Source of the DNA: Podarcis melisellensis
Taxonomy: Eukaryota
Reading direction: 5' to 3' (one strand)
Assembly: GCA_964234715.1 (NCBI GenBank)
Contig: OZ174289.1
Length of the DNA stretch: 64,000 bases
The notes below the pieces were generated by a model that was not told the DNA's origin, did no database searches, and saw nothing but the letters and a program-made list of their open reading frames with translations. The first letter of the stretch is position 1. Every line of letters starts with the position of its first letter. This document shows positions 1 to 14,700 of this stretch, piece after piece. Made by a program: the position numbers and the translations under genes.

Positions 1-2404
1 TCTGCCAACAACAAACTATTATGTGTCATGGCCCAGGGCTCAAACTTGCCCTTCTTAAGGAAAGAGGACCTGGACACTGATCAGCTCTCAAACTAGGAAG
101 AGGATTTGCCTTTGGAAATGGATTCTGATGCCGCTACCTTCTCAGAGTGCCATAATCAGAAAAGACCACAAGGCCAGCCCCTCTTCAGCCCATGTTAGCA
201 GATCCTTACACTTCAAGATTTCCAGTTATGAAGCTACAGCGATGCTGCGGTTGCCTTTGTGTCACTGTAATAAAAACACATGAAACAAGCTGGGCTACTT
301 TAAAAGTGAAGGCCTCATTCACTGCATGGGGAGGAGCCAACAGCCTAAAGGAAAACAAATCCCCAATTAGATTATTGGAACAAATTAATTTATTCAGGCT
401 GCAAGCCCAGCTTGGGGGATAAGCTATGAGCCATAATAGCGGTGTTCTACTTCCACTGTTGGGGACTGTATGCCTCTGAAAACCAGTTGCTAGAAATCAG
501 AGGAGAGCAGAGTTGCTGCTGCACCCATGTTCAGCTTACAAACTTCCCACAACCTTCAGGGTGACCACTATGAGAACTGGATGCTGAATTAGATGGGCCT
601 TTGTTCTGATCTAGCAGGGCTCTTATTATGTGTTTAGGAGTAACAGTAACAGTGGACTGTTGCCATCATGCCCTGCCTGTGTGCTTTCTGGAGCCATCTG
701 GCTTGCCATTGTGACAACAGAGTGCTGGTCTATATGGACCTTTGGCCTTATCCAAAAGGAGTTCTCCAAAGTGTTACCTGCTTCCTTGTTTCCCCTTTTC
801 CAAAGATTGATTGACACTTTGCCTGACAATGTTTTTGGAAGCTCCTCCTTCCTGGCCATAATAGAGCCCAACACTTTGTTGCATCTGATCACGTATATTT
901 AAATCTACCTCCTGAATTCCATCACTGATTTATCTTGACCTCATTCATAGACCATGGATGTGCACTTAATTGCAAGTTTGCTTCTCTAGAATCAGAACCC
1001 AGCAGAAACTCTCTCTTCACAATTTGGTGTTAAGCCCAAACATCATGTTCAAACATGATCATTTTGTAAGTAGAGTGAACTAAAGACACACACAAGTTTT
1101 TCAAATAAAATACCCCCACTTTTTGGTTGACCAGCCATCATAAGCACTCTTGTTGAGCACCTCATTAATTCTGGATGGGAGTGAAAAGAAATATTCTGTT
1201 TGGCTGGGAAGAGGCTCAGTAGCCTTGTAGCACTATTATATCATGATCAAACGAACACTCACAGGCAGGTTTTCAAGGTCTGCCGGCACCGGGGCAACAT
1301 ATCTGAAAATGATTAAGTTACTCCAGTAATTATTAAATTGGATAGCACTCAGATCTGTTCTGCTCTTTATTACACACAATGATTCACCGTTTATAGGGTC
1401 ATAAATCCATTTGGAAGAGGAGTAGTGACTCCCTGCAGGGGACAGGCTGTGACCGTTTGGAAACAGAGCCAAATCTCAGATGTCTCATGCTTCTTGTTGA
1501 GGTGGGGGAAGGATGAAAAAATGATGGCTCTTGACCTCTTGATGGTGGCTGATGATTTGTAATGCAACAAGACAAGTTGGAAGGGGGGGGGCACCACAGC
1601 TGGCAAATGTGCCTTGAGGAAGGGAGATGTTAAGCAAAGGGAAAGTAAAAGGCTTCCGTCTGAGGCTGGATCAGCCACTTAGTAGGCACTGCAATGCTAC
1701 AACTGTATACAGTGTGGAGTGTACCTTATAGCAGCATAGCTACAACTACTTGCTATAAAGCTCAGACATAATGCCGCCTCCCATTTCTCCACTGTTTGTA
1801 AGTTGAAAAGTAAGAAGATAAAAATAGCAATAAGTAGCAGGACCTGTTTCCCCAGCTGCCAGAGGGTCCCCCTTCTGTACCCCTATGATTCTAGAGCAGG
1901 GGTGGGAATTTCATCTCACATGCCCAATTAACCTCCCAATTTGTCTCAAGGACATTTCAGCCAAGCTGCACCCTCCTGCTCTGTACCTGATGTCATATGT
2001 GGCTGATTAACATCCTTTATCATTTTAAATTTGTTTGTGGGAGTGGGGAATAATTGGTTTGTTTTTGTTTTTATTATTTTATGTTTTTATCTTATATTTT
2101 TATGCTGTGAACCACACTGAGATTTTCAGATGAAGGGCAGTATACAAATTTAATAAATATATATATCAAATGTGGGGCAGGTAAAGAGCTGGCTCAGCTT
2201 AAGTAAAGCTGTAAAGTACAGATGTGGCTCAGATTAGCTAATCAACTGATTGTTGGGTCTTGTGGAACACTTTGAAAGTCACTTTGCAGATTGCACATTT
2301 GCCCACATTGACATCTAGTTCCCCAACCTTTCTTTACAGTAAGAGCAGGAAATATTCCAGTGTGTGGACAGGAAGCATGACGGACTGCTCTACTATGAAA
2401 CCAA

Positions 2405-2650
2405 ATCAGAAGAAGAAGAAGAAGAGTTTGGATTTGATAACCCGCTTTATCACTACCCGAAGGAGTCTCAAAGAGGCTAACAATCTCCTTTCCTTCCTCC
2501 CCCACAACAAACACTCTGTGAGGTGAGTGGGACTGAGAGACTTCAAAGAAGTGTGACTAGCCCAAGGTCACCCAGCAGCTACATGTGGAGGAGCAGGGAA
2601 TCGAACCCGGTTCACCAGATTGCAAGTCCACCGCTCTTAACCACTACACC
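2405..2650 (-). mobile_element. tRNA-derived squamate SINE (CORE/MIR-like body) with (TTC)n tail
   Basis: Minus strand starts GGTGTAGTGGTTAAGAGCGG (A box) ... GGTTCGATTCCC (B box) and ends in a TTC repeat. Confidence 0.75.
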
Positions 2651-3589
2651 TATTGCATCCTAAGGAAGAAGTTCCCACAGGAGGTAAATAATGCAGTAAG
2701 CACTCCTAGGAAAGTGGATTGAATAGGAACTGGCAAGGCAGGCAGAGCCCATCTACATTCCAGGTTCCAGAGAAGAGATGCAGAAGCCACAAGATGCAAT
2801 TCTACAAGCAAGCACAGACAAATACAGTGTTTTCAGGACCCTGGACAACCTCCCTCACCACTGGTTACCCCACTCATTTGCAAAAAGGAGGGAGTGTCAT
2901 AGTCCTGGGCTGCCAGCCACTGCAGAGTTCAGTGGAGGGAGAAGACAGCCATCCAGCCAAGCTCCAGGGGAGTACTTGCCTGGAGGCAGAGTCCATACAC
3001 AAGGTCCAATTCAATCCTAAAGTCAGGAATATCTCAGTTAATGTAGTCAGATGATCCAGAGGTCAAGAAAGCCAAGTGTCCAAGGTCTCAAGAAGCAGCA
3101 GGGTCTGGCCAGGAACAACGAATGTAGTTTTCAGCAACTGACTGAGGCTGGAAACCCTGCTTAAGAAAGCTGGAGCCAGCTGGTTCTCCTCAGGAGCAAG
3201 AAGGCTGATCAGAAGCAGGTGGAGTCACTTTGCATTCTATTCCTTCAGGCTGCTGCTCAGCAGGTGAAGCTGACACCTGGCCCATGGCAGGGAGCAGTGA
3301 TTGCATAGGGCAGAGGAACCAAATTGCAAAGCCTGCTTAATTAAAACATTTCTTTTTACAAAAGTAAGGGGTTTTCTTTGCAGAGGACTCCTTGCAAATC
3401 TAGTCCAGGGAGCCATGGTGTAGCTACTCCTCCTTTCTTTGCAATAGGAAGTGGGGACTGTTTTCAAGTTAGTATTAGACAGTATTAGACAGGAAAGCTT
3501 GCAAAACCTATATGGTCTTTTCAGGCAAGCTGGGCCACAAGTGTGTGTTTGCATATCATGAATGCAAAGCAATTACTTGTACTTTTTCC

Positions 3590-4050
3590 ACTGGTGCCAA
3601 CGCCAGGTAGCCTTGGGGCCCAAGCACCCACAATTTTTTTCTTGTGAGTGCCTGGCCTCTGCCCCCCCCCCACTGCTGCCACCACCACCTGACCTCCATC
3701 CCCCCAACCATGCACCACCAACATGCACTGCTGCTGCCTCCCAACCTTCGTCTTACCTCTGATGCTCAGCCGCCCCAGTGCTGACTAGACTGGGGCCTGT
3801 GCCTCTGCCATGAGGCCTTTATTGGCTCAGCAGCCATGGACAGAGACTGTGCAGTGGACAGAGATCCCATGGCAGAGGTGCAGGCCCCAGTCCATGCGCC
3901 ACTGCAGCATGCATGCATGCGGCATACTATGCTGGCATCATATCACAGTGATGTGATGTCATGCAATCATGTGACTGCGATGTCATCGTGTCACAGTGTG
4001 GTGTGTGCATGCTTAGCACCCACAGTGGGGGACCCAGGTCAGTATCGCTG
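3590..4050. mobile_element. Degenerate non-autonomous DNA transposon (hAT-like), related to 9927-10414
   Basis: Shares ggggccc..cacccacaattttt, tgatgtca and gcacccacagt..ggcccaag segments with 9927-10414; degenerate TIR-like ends. Confidence 0.45.
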
Positions 4051-4201
4051 ACCTTGTCGGTGGCGTAATGCAATGCTTAGAATCTCTTCTCAGCCCTCAG
4101 ATGCTTGTTTTCCCCTGGGTTTCTCCAGAGATCTTCAGAGTGATTGGGACTGGTCAGGGCATGAACTCCACATCAGGAATAAAGTTTGCCTCCAGAAAAG
4201 A

Positions 4202-4202
<1 letters not shown>

Positions 4203-4284
<82 letters not shown>

Positions 4285-4285
4285 T
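4203..4285. repeat. (TTTC)n microsatellite
   Basis: Direct reading. Confidence 0.98.
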
Positions 4286-5827
4286 TCTCACTGTTTCCAT
4301 GTTCCAAATGCTGCACATTTAAGGCATTGTTGCCACCCATGTAGAAGCCCACGCCAAAACCACTACACATTTCTTATTTAAAAAAGAAAGTCACTAGAAT
4401 GAAAGCAATTTGCCTTTCACCACAAGAATATGCATTAGTAGCTGGTTATTATGTCCGTATTTTAAATAGCTCATTTTCTGCAAATGGGTTGGACCCACAG
4501 AAGCACTGGGGTTCAAGTTCTCCTGAGTCATTCTTTTAAGCCCCGTCCCCCCTCCTTTGCCACCTATTTTCGTTCCCCCTGCCCACAAGCTCCATCCTCC
4601 CACTAATTGAACAAAGTGGACTTAATTTGAATTAAACTGTCAAGAAATCTTCCACTTAAATTGATTTATCTGCTTCTTCAGCTGGAATGGATTCATTTCA
4701 GCACAATGTATAAGAAGCCTGTGTTGATGGATTACATCTCGTGGAATGGAAACATTTTTTAATGCAACTCCATTAAATTCTACTCAGGTATGAAAAGGAA
4801 CAAGAAGAAAGGGAGGATATGAACATGTAGGGAACAGAACATTGGGGGGGGGGGTGTCAGGGGGGAAAAAAGCCTGACAGTATATGAAGAACATTCAGAC
4901 GTAGATTCTCACTGTCAATAAATCATTATTTTTTGATTAGCAAACCCAAGACATCCAGAGCTTCCTTAAATTATTCTCCTCATTTCTAGCATGACTCATA
5001 TGCTTCTAATAAAAGTGATGTCCTCATTATGACCCTCCTAAGTACTTTACCTTATAATGGTGCTGCACTATTTTGCCTTGATCAGACCTCTGGGCACCAT
5101 GGTTTAAGAAGGATATTGACAAACTGGAATGTGTCCAGAAATGGGTGACAAATAGGTGTCTGGAGGGTAAGCTAAAAGATGGAAAATGTTGGTTATGTTT
5201 AACCTGGAGATGAAACCCATGGGAGGTAATACATCAGCCATATTCAAATATTGAAAGGCTGTACCACAGCTGATGAAGAAAATATGCTGCCTGTGGCACC
5301 AAGATATAGGGCCCAAAACAATGGCTTCAAGGTGGGGAGGGGGATTTTGATGAAAAGATAAGATGAACTCCCTCACAGTATGAGGTAGTGTGTGATCAAT
5401 CAACTCCCACCTGGGAACCAATGTCCCCACTGTGGAAGGACGTGTGGGTCCAGAATTGGCCTCCACAGTCACTCACAGACTCATTGTTAAAACCTTGTTT
5501 ATGGAAGACACTCTTACTCGGCTATGAGTGATCACCAAAGAAGAAGAAATGAGGTAGTCTTCACTGGGACATACTATACTTTGAGAAGCTCTGAAGAGGC
5601 TGGATAGTCACCCATCAGTGGCAGATTTCTTGAATCAAAGGGAAGCTGAAATTTGCCATTATGGCTGGGGCTGATAGGAGATGAGTCCAACAATATCTGC
5701 TTGGGCAGAAAAACAAAGCAAAAAAGCTTAACTATCAGTCAAAGACAAAACCTATAAACTAGGGCTCCTCGCAGATGACCAGATGGTCACAACACCAGAC
5801 TCCATAAAGACAGCAATCACTCTAACT

Positions 5828-6282
5828 CAGAGGTTTTCAAACTTTTTGAGTCCATGGCTCCCTTAACCAAGTACATTCTTTCTGTAGCACCCCTGTGGGG
5901 CTCAGGAGCCCAGTTATGTCCCCCTTGCTTGCAGAACTGGCAGCCTCTCGTTCTTTTTGAACACCCTCCCTTGTGGATTGTTGCCTCAGTCTCCTCTCCC
6001 CTCTCCTTGGGAGTCCTCCAGGCAGCTGCTGCTGCTGCCCCTGGTCTCTGAGCTTCACCACCCCAAAGAGAGGTGCCTCCCAGAAGCACCATTCACCTGC
6101 AAAGCTTATGGCCAGGGCTGCTGCAATAAACAGCTGCACAAGCCTTTGGGAGGCAGAGACCTGAGAGGGAATCAGAGAAGGGAGGGAAAGAAAAAAGGAC
6201 AGGGGCCAGTGTTGCCTGTGATACCCCTGATCATCATTTGAGGCACCCCAGGGTGCCCCAGGAAACTGGTTGAAAACCACTG
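5828..6282. mobile_element. hAT-like non-autonomous element
   Basis: Ends CAGAGGTTTTCAAAC...GTTGAAAACCACTG; degenerate 8-bp flanks ctctaact/ccctaacc. Confidence 0.6.
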
Positions 6283-6329
6283 CCCTAACCAAATAACTCA
6301 ATACATTCACAATGGTGTCGGACCTAGAG

Positions 6330-7607
6330 GTGAATCTTTGTGAAATCTGAGACTATGTGTTTCAACAACACGCCCCTCCTCCCATATTCAAAAAGTATTT
6401 CCCAACACCACGAAGATAAAACTTTGCTGCACCAAATTCAGATACTTAGGGGCGCAAACAAACTATACTTCCACAGCTACAACCTCCTTTGGCAAGAAAT
6501 TAACAAAGACTTGAAGAAATGGAACAAATTCATTTCACCCTCCATAAAAGGCAGAAAAAACCTAAATTTGATTGATTGATTGAATTTTTGATTTATATAC
6601 CACCCTATACCCACAGGTCTCAGAACGGTTCACAGAATAAAATGAAAATATAAAACCACAAAATACATAATTCAAATAAAAGTAACAGCAACGTGCGCAC
6701 ACACCCCAACAAAAAACCCCACATTTTAAAAGGGCATAGGATGTCAATCAAATCAACCAAAGGCCTGGTTAAAAAGGAATATCCCTGCCACAACATACCC
6801 ATTCCATCAAAACAAACTAAGGAAAATCCCCACAACACTAAACAGCTTCACACAGCCCATGCTTAAAGCATAGAAGGAAAAAGTAGGAAAACTGTCCCCA
6901 ACTGCATCCCCATTAACCCCCACTGGCCCACCATCCACTATTCCATCACGTAGCCCAAAACTTCCAAATAAAAAGTTGGCAAGCCAAAGGCTTACACCAC
7001 CTAGCAGATTTCTACAAATATAACAAAACCATACTGACACAAGAAATACAAGGCAAACTAGGGGACACCCAAACACCCTGGCTAACACACCAACAATTAC
7101 ACACCTTCTTAAACACCCCAGCAGTAAAAGAGTAAAAGCAGCAGCCAGTAGGCCCTTGACCACCTTCGGAAACCTTCTCCTGACAGCAAGGGGATAGTAT
7201 CCCAATATACTAAATTCTATTTCAGATCCCACAAATCCCTTCATCTCAATCAAAAAGACAATGGGAGCACAGGATAGGTTACAAAATAAACCAATGGACT
7301 AAACTGTGGTCAAAATCACCCTTTAAACCCATCTCAGACAAAAGAAGAGAACTCACCTTGAAACCTATCTCTAATGGTACCTAACACCATGGTAACTGGC
7401 AATGATACATCCAGGAACCTTGCCAAAATGCAGGAGAGGTTGCACCTCTACAGGCACATACTTCCACATGTGATGGGACTGTTCCAAAATCCAACCATTT
7501 GGGACATCATTCCCATCATACATATTTTACTGTATTTCTGGTTTTTATGGAAACCGCCCAGCGTGGCTGGGGAGGCCCAGCCAGATGGGCGGGGTATAAA
7601 TAAATAA

Positions 7608-7645
<38 letters not shown>

Positions 7646-8345
7646 AAGAAATATGCAAAGTAACTAAACAGGTCTTAGAAGCCACCCAAGAACTGGCCTT
7701 ATTGAATATTTTCCAAGACTAAAACACACATTCACACTACAAAGAGGTCATAAGCCACCTACTCTCAGCAGCCAGGAACATCATAGCTAGACACTGTGCC
7801 AGGAGTGAACATGGACCACTGGTGCCAAACTGGGAAATAGCCCTACTAGGAAAGCTAACCAACAAACAAACTGAACTAGCACGGGAACCAATAAGAGAGG
7901 ATGTCTTTGCCCTGGTATGGCTCAACAAGGCAACAATACGAACACACCGACAGCATATGAATCAATAAGGCTAACTTGTCCTGACAACCCCTCCCCATCA
8001 CTCACACAAACAAAACTCACTGCAGTCAACTGAAAGTAACCAATCAGACCTTGAACCCCACAACCTCTTTCACTGCCAAGGAAAACTAATAAATGAATAG
8101 AAAGAGAACCTACCCATTTGATGCGGACTCAAAAACCTTGCACATACACTGTGTGAGAGAATGAAAATTTACTACCTCCCTCTCTCCCCTCGCTTTTTCT
8201 CCCCACCTCTCTTCTCCCTCAATCTTATGCAATCTTATTCAACAGTAATGCCTCACATCAAATATAACTGATCTGTACAAAGGCCTTTATGATATGAAAA
8301 CAGAGACAATTTTTGTAACCCAAACATCTTTAATAAAAACAATTT
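6330..8345 (+). mobile_element. Decayed L1-like LINE 3' part with nested L2-like ends
   Basis: A-rich strand; remnants IQILRG (KYLG-like) and WYLTP; ends AATAAAA. L2-type 3' fragments nested at ~6568-6780 (-) and ~7520-7643 (+, (TTA)n tail). Confidence 0.55.
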
Positions 8346-9926
8346 GCCTGTTGGAATATTTGTAAATATGCTGTTTGTGGTACATTTCAACTGCTACCTA
8401 GAGTGGGAATTACAAGAAGACAACAAATGGCAACTAATCTTTAACCATTATATTCCACGATCATGTAACAGAGTAAACTGCAGCACAATCCAGGCTATCG
8501 GAAATTTATGCTACCACTCTGAAGCCTCCATTGCAAAATGGAGGAGGTTTGAACAAATGCAGTAAGCAATTTTGTTTACGGAAACAAGAGGATCAAAATT
8601 TAGAAGAAACCAACTTATTGCTATAGACAATCTCTTTTTATAGATTATTTGCTTTGTTTGTCTACATAATGAAGCCATCTGTGCCAAGTGAGGGAGAAAC
8701 AGAGGAATATCTATATCTATAGCCTTTACAATATATGAAAACATAACAGGAATATCAGAGCTGACTTTGAAGATTTTACAACCATGAGCAAAATTACTAT
8801 AAAAACCAGTGCATTCACACTTGGAATTCCAACTGGTAAAAATATGATAAGTACCGTAATTGCTTAGAAACCGTTGCTCAAATCCTATCACATAAGCTTA
8901 AAAAGCAATGTTTTGGTTTCCTGATTCCAGTAAAATTATTTAAAGGATGCTGCATATGACTCCAAGGACTAAGAGCACGTTCTCTCCCCCACCCTACACC
9001 CAGCTATTCTCCATCAATAATGTGAAAAGAATTTGCATTTGAAAACTATTAAAGGAGAGAGGAAAAGGTGAAATTCTCTAGGGTGGGATGTTGGTTGTTA
9101 TTATTGTGCTTACATTGCCTTGGAGGTGGTCGGTGGTTTTTGTGAATGCTGTTGCTCTCATTCAACACATTGTCACTCCATTTCCTTTAGCTCCTCAGGT
9201 GCCTGCACTTTGTGAAAAACCTAGGTCATCCTTGGCTGGATTTTCCTATACGTGTGGGAAGGGGTGGAGGCTGCCTACCATGCCCCTAGCAACTGTTCAT
9301 TTTAAAAAATGATGTCTTTTTGCTTTTAAAGAAATAAATAAAAAAATCCAAACTACTAACCCACTCAGTGGGACTTTGTAGAATGGTAAGGCTACTGCTG
9401 GATCTGATGCCCTTCTGCTCATAAATGCCATGATTGGGGGCTCAGGGGACAGGACAGTCAGACCCATAGTTGGGCCAATGACTAAGTCATATAACAGCAA
9501 TGAGACTACTCAGGATCCAGTGGATCCACAAATGATATGTAATTATGTTTTTCCTCCTTATTTGCATATTGATTCCCTTGCATTGAAATGAATGGGGTAG
9601 AATTATGTCATAACAATGGTAATTTAAGTAATTAATTACAAAACTTACAAAAGTGTGCCTCTGTGGACAGTGAGAGAAATGGCATTGTTTTGTGGAAGGC
9701 GAACTTCAGTGGAATGGGACCAGTGCTGTGTGTGACAAATACAGGGTGGGACAGAAAAAGATGCCTTCTTAAATCCCTTACACCCCAGGGGAGATACTAC
9801 TGGCTGAAACTCTGCAGAGCTGCTTCCAGTCAGAGTAGACAAATACTGAGCTAGATGTACCAATGGTCTTTCTCAGTATAATACAGCTTACTATGCTGAA
9901 ATCAGTTGGGACTTTTGTCCAAACCC

Positions 9927-10414
9927 AATGGCACTAATTCCAAGGGGTGCTGGGGGCCTGGTCACCCACAAATTTTCACTGTGGGGGCCTGACCTCTGCC
10001 CACCACCTGCTTTACCTCTTTATCTGTGGTGGTGACTGGGCCAGGGCCTCCGTATTCACTATGGGGCCCCTGTTGAGGCCCACCTCGGACATGCATCTGG
10101 GGGTGTCTGTGGCCACAGCAGGCCTTGGTGGAGGCCTCACAGCGGAGGCCTTGGCCTGGTCACCGTGGTGGCAGCAGGAGTGGGGCAACAGAGCACCATT
10201 TCCATGGGGCTGTGGGCACCCACACTCTGCTGCCTCACCCCTGCCGCCACTACAGAGGCATGTCTGTGGTAACAGAGGACCAGCAGCAGAGGTGGAGGCC
10301 CCGGTGCCGGAGAGCGGTGGTGGTCAGCTGTGACATGACCTGACATTGTGATGTCACATCGCGCATGTGAGCTGCTGGGCACCCACAGTCTGGGGCCCAA
10401 GTTGGCTCCTATGT
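9927..10414. mobile_element. Degenerate non-autonomous DNA transposon, same family as 3590-4050
   Basis: Same internal motifs; ends caatggcactaa...gttggctcctatg. Confidence 0.45.
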
Positions 10415-11579
10415 CCAAACCTGAGTAGTCACATATAGGATTGTGTGGTTTTTAACATTAAGTCCTGACCCTGAGCTCCTCTTTAATTTGCTCTCTGCTT
10501 TTCCATGTTGTGCTTCTATATAAATGCCTGCTATGCCTCCGCTGGTGGTTGTTCTCCTCACAAACAAATGTTGAACACAGACTGTGCCAATGTTGTCAAG
10601 CTGCCTCTGATCTGTCATTCAGTGCAGAAGCTTCTCCGTAGCTGCCTATGCAAATATTTCCTCAAAATTACAAATATTCAAAACGTCAGAAGCGTAGGAG
10701 AACCTTTGTTAAAGCACCTTGTTTTATGGGATTAACAACAGCCTAGGATGTGTGGTGATGCTGACATGCTATTTGTACAAGGCTAAGGGGAAACAATGGA
10801 CCAGCCCGGGGGGGGGAGGGGGAGATAGAACGATTGCAATAGTAACGCAACAAAGCTTCAGTGGAAGCCATAAATACAGTATAAGGCCTAAATATATAGA
10901 CATGGATATTTAAGTGCAGCACTGAAAACAGGGAGGAAAGTAACTATTTTTCAAGAGGGTAGTGCCTGCCTCTATCTGTTTCCTTTGCAGGTGGGTGGGA
11001 AGAGGTGGAATTAATTCTGAGGTGCAGAGACCGGATTGGCACATTTGGAAACAAAATGTACCTCAGTATCTAAAAATCAAAGCACCATGAATATTTAACA
11101 GGGGAAAAGAAAAGAATGATTTTTGTCATCTGGTAAAAGCATCTCTGAGAGGCTTACGCCCTGCTTGCCTCCTGTAAAATGGCTTTCTTTGTACACAGTG
11201 TGCCAGAGATGAGATTGAAGCCCTTAATTTTGAGCTAGGGAATGACAGTATCAGGACCCCAGAAGTTGCTGCTTCAGAAATAGACACAAGGCTCTGGATT
11301 CCTCATTATACCTCTGGCAAATATATATAATGACAGAATCATAGAGCTGGAAAGGGGCTTAGAGGCCACCCAGTCCAACTCTCTGCTCAAGGTAGAATCT
11401 GCAATGTAGCCTGCAGTGACAGCATCCCTGACATCTGGCTTCACAGCAAGGGTGGGGAGCCCCCAAGTGACTTTGCCTGGACCCTGGGACTCTGCCAAGG
11501 CGACACACCACAGGCCTCATCTCTCCCTGGCCCTGCTTGTTGTGGGAGATTTATGAGGTCAAACTCTGATTAGTAATTG

Positions 11580-11717
11580 TAGATTCAGGTAGGTAGCTGT
11601 GTTGGTCTGACACAGTCGAAATAAATTTTAAAAATTAAAAAATTGTCCAGTAGCACCTTAGAGACCAACTAAGTTTGTTCTGAGTATAAGCTTTCGTGTG
11701 CATGCACACTTCTTCTG
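11580..11717 (-). mobile_element. Penelope-like element terminal fragment with hammerhead ribozyme remnant
   Basis: Minus strand reads CAGAAGA-A-GTGTGCATGCACAC-GAAAGCTTA followed by ...TTAGTTGGTCTCTAAGGTGCTACTGGAC, which I recognise as a squamate PLE end. Confidence 0.7.
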
Positions 11718-14700
11718 CATGCAAGGGAGGTCGTTAATTCACAACAGTTTTGAAACCCATTGGCTACCCTCACCTGGTTTAGTCGGCCAGTCAAAGCTGT
11801 TTCCTGGGGTGCTGCTGCATGCTGACAGCTTCTAGAAGCCACAGGCAAGAGCTGAGTGCAGGGTGGGGACCAAAAGTGGACAAAGTAGGTTTTTGGCTAT
11901 GTCACGAACTCAATGGCAGTAGCTCCTCGCTGCCCTCTGCAGGCAGTGAGGAGGTTCAGGCTGGGGAAGGCCAGGATTTAAGAGGCAAAAATCCTTGCAA
12001 TGTTCCCCAATGGGGTCTGGGGAGCTCACTGCATCCTGCTGAGACGCTCAAGCCCGTGTCTGCCAACTTGAAAGGCAGAGCAGGTGTGAGACTGTCCCTG
12101 GGAGTGTGCCCCTGCCATGGGCAAGCCTCTGTCTCCAGCATGATTTGTGGTTGGTTCCTCTATAATTTGGACAATTGGCATTAATAAAGAGGCACTCCTG
12201 GACCGACACATGCTAATAGGCTGCAAACAGTCAGCTACCGAAAGGACTGGGCTTGGCGCTTTGAAGGTATCAGAATGTTTTCTTTAAAACTTGAGAACCC
12301 CTACAAAAGCCAGGAAAGGAAGGGGGAGGACAAGGTGCTTTGTGCTTCCATATGATTTTAAATGGTCTCCTTTCTTCTTGTCCTCCCCTGCAAAATGAAA
12401 GAGACATGTGTAGCCTCTGTTATGTTATTCTGTCTAGTGGACTCTGAATAAGAAATAATGCAGCTATGTGAGGAAATGATGGTGATCGTATGTTTGGAAC
12501 AGGAGCAGGAAACTGGTTTTAAGAAATTTGATTTGTAATAATTTGGAAAATTAATAAAAATAATTTGAAAAAAGTGGACAAACTACCCCAGAAGAAGCAT
12601 AATGTGTACCCCCACCAGAGGTGGTACCACTCCTCTAATATCCCATACACTCGAAGTACTCGCATTGAAATTAATAGTTAGTAATGTTTAATCATTTCCA
12701 TGGATCTACTCTATGACTACCATTGGATGCAAGCCAGCATTAGTTCCATTCATAGTATACCTATTGAAAATAATGGACATGACATCTCTGCTTATTAAGT
12801 ATAAATTAATTTGATACAACCCTATGCATCTGAGCAAGTATAGCTAATTTTCATGTGCATTTTTTTAATACCTAAAAGTTTGTCCTTACCCATTGTATAA
12901 CCAACTGATCACTGCAGGAGAGGGCTGCTGCAAATGCCATCCCATCAGGAGGGATGTTTCTTATGATATAGGTATGAAACCCCCAATGTGGTGGCACCTA
13001 CTCTTTGAAACTCCCTCCCATTACATACCATGCACCCACCATTTCTAGTGTCTGTCTCCTGCTGGACTCTCCTTTCCCAATAAGCCTTTTAAGTAGCAGT
13101 TCTTCTCTCTGTCTGTATTTGTATTGAATCTGGAATAGATTTTAATATTAGTTTTTATTATTAATCATTTCCTGAAGTTTCATGGGAAGCAATTTGTCAA
13201 AATTGTGCTCCTTAGGGTTCCCAGGACCCTGGTTATCTCTTTCTATCTGGTGGGTCCTTTTTCTTCTGGGCTTAGGTATTCTTTTCATTTCAGGATACAT
13301 TTCAGGACAGCCTTACTTGCTTCCTTGTGGGACAGCTTCAGGAGAAGAAAAGGCTAAGGTGTGAACCCTACACAAATCCAGAGCACAGTGGTTGCATGGC
13401 ATCTTATATGCCTCCTTCTGACAACTCCTGCAGCAAAGCTGGTGCCAAATTTATTGCTTTCCTTTGCACTGGACCACATCAGCGATGCTGGGCGGGGGAG
13501 GCTTGTTGTCTGGGCAGCCCAGGACCTCCATACACACTGTCCAGGCTTGTGCCACAGAGATGTCACTTGGTGCTGCAAATGCAGCAAAAACAACATGGGA
13601 GGTAGCCGTTGTGAGTTACAGGTGCTGTGATTCTCTACCAGTTTGACTTCACCCTCGGAGGTGCCATCTATTGTCTCTTGAGACAGATGAATGCAAACAA
13701 AACTAGCCTATTTTCAATAGACCCACACTCCCTACCTACAGCCCCATAGATTTTATTTATTTATTTTTTTGTAGCTTAGTGGTTCCCTTCTTCCATTATG
13801 TTGAATGGCTCACTGCTGGGTGTACTAACCTAGATATGCTTCCTTACCTTCACTGTACCAAAATCCAGCCATCTAATTGAGCTCCTTTCTCTTCTAGTTA
13901 CTCTGGCTCAGTTTACTTGCTCTGAAACCCATAGCGTGGTCTGTAAACCCTTCAGATTCTCTCTGTCTTTCTCTTTCTTTCTATACCCCTGAGGGTTCTC
14001 TCTGCTGCTGCCAAGTCCAGCCTTATATTCTGATGCTGGGAGCACCTGGAGAGTTTACAAGCATTTCTGCCATCCTGTCTCATCACTTCTGGCCCACCCT
14101 CACCTTTATCTGGTCAGCCCAGAATGTAAGCAACTTGGAAAGGAAAAACAACAACCACTCCATCCTCCCAATATGATTCATAAATGAAATGAAATGAATA
14201 AACAGCAGTTGCAGATTAATGTCAAAAGGGTTGTTACAGATTTACAAGCAAACATGTGTGTAAGTGACAGGAAACAATTATACAGAGTCATCTATCTCTA
14301 TTGTGTTGAAGGAAAGGCAGTTTAGTTGCCATTTGACAGTCTTCTTCTTGGATACTGCTTCATGTTTTTCTAGTTCAAAGAGGTTCCAGGGCTCAGCTTC
14401 AGAGACATTGGCCCAAATTATGCCCTTCATGCCATTGCTGGGAATATTTTTCTCTTCATGAACCTGGTGGCTAGAGATAAGAGTGCCTCTGAGCACATGG
14501 AGAGTGGACCTTCTTCCTTCCTTCTAGGGGTGAGCAGGTTTCTCCTTGCTTACATTATTTGCTGCCCCTGAATTCCTATTTTAGGAGAATTTGGACAAAA
14601 AAACCCTTCTGTCTAAGGGTTTTATGTCTATATGAAATCCATTATGCTGAGTTAGCTTTGTGAAAGAGGAGCCTATTGCTCCTGTACACTGCTAATATAT

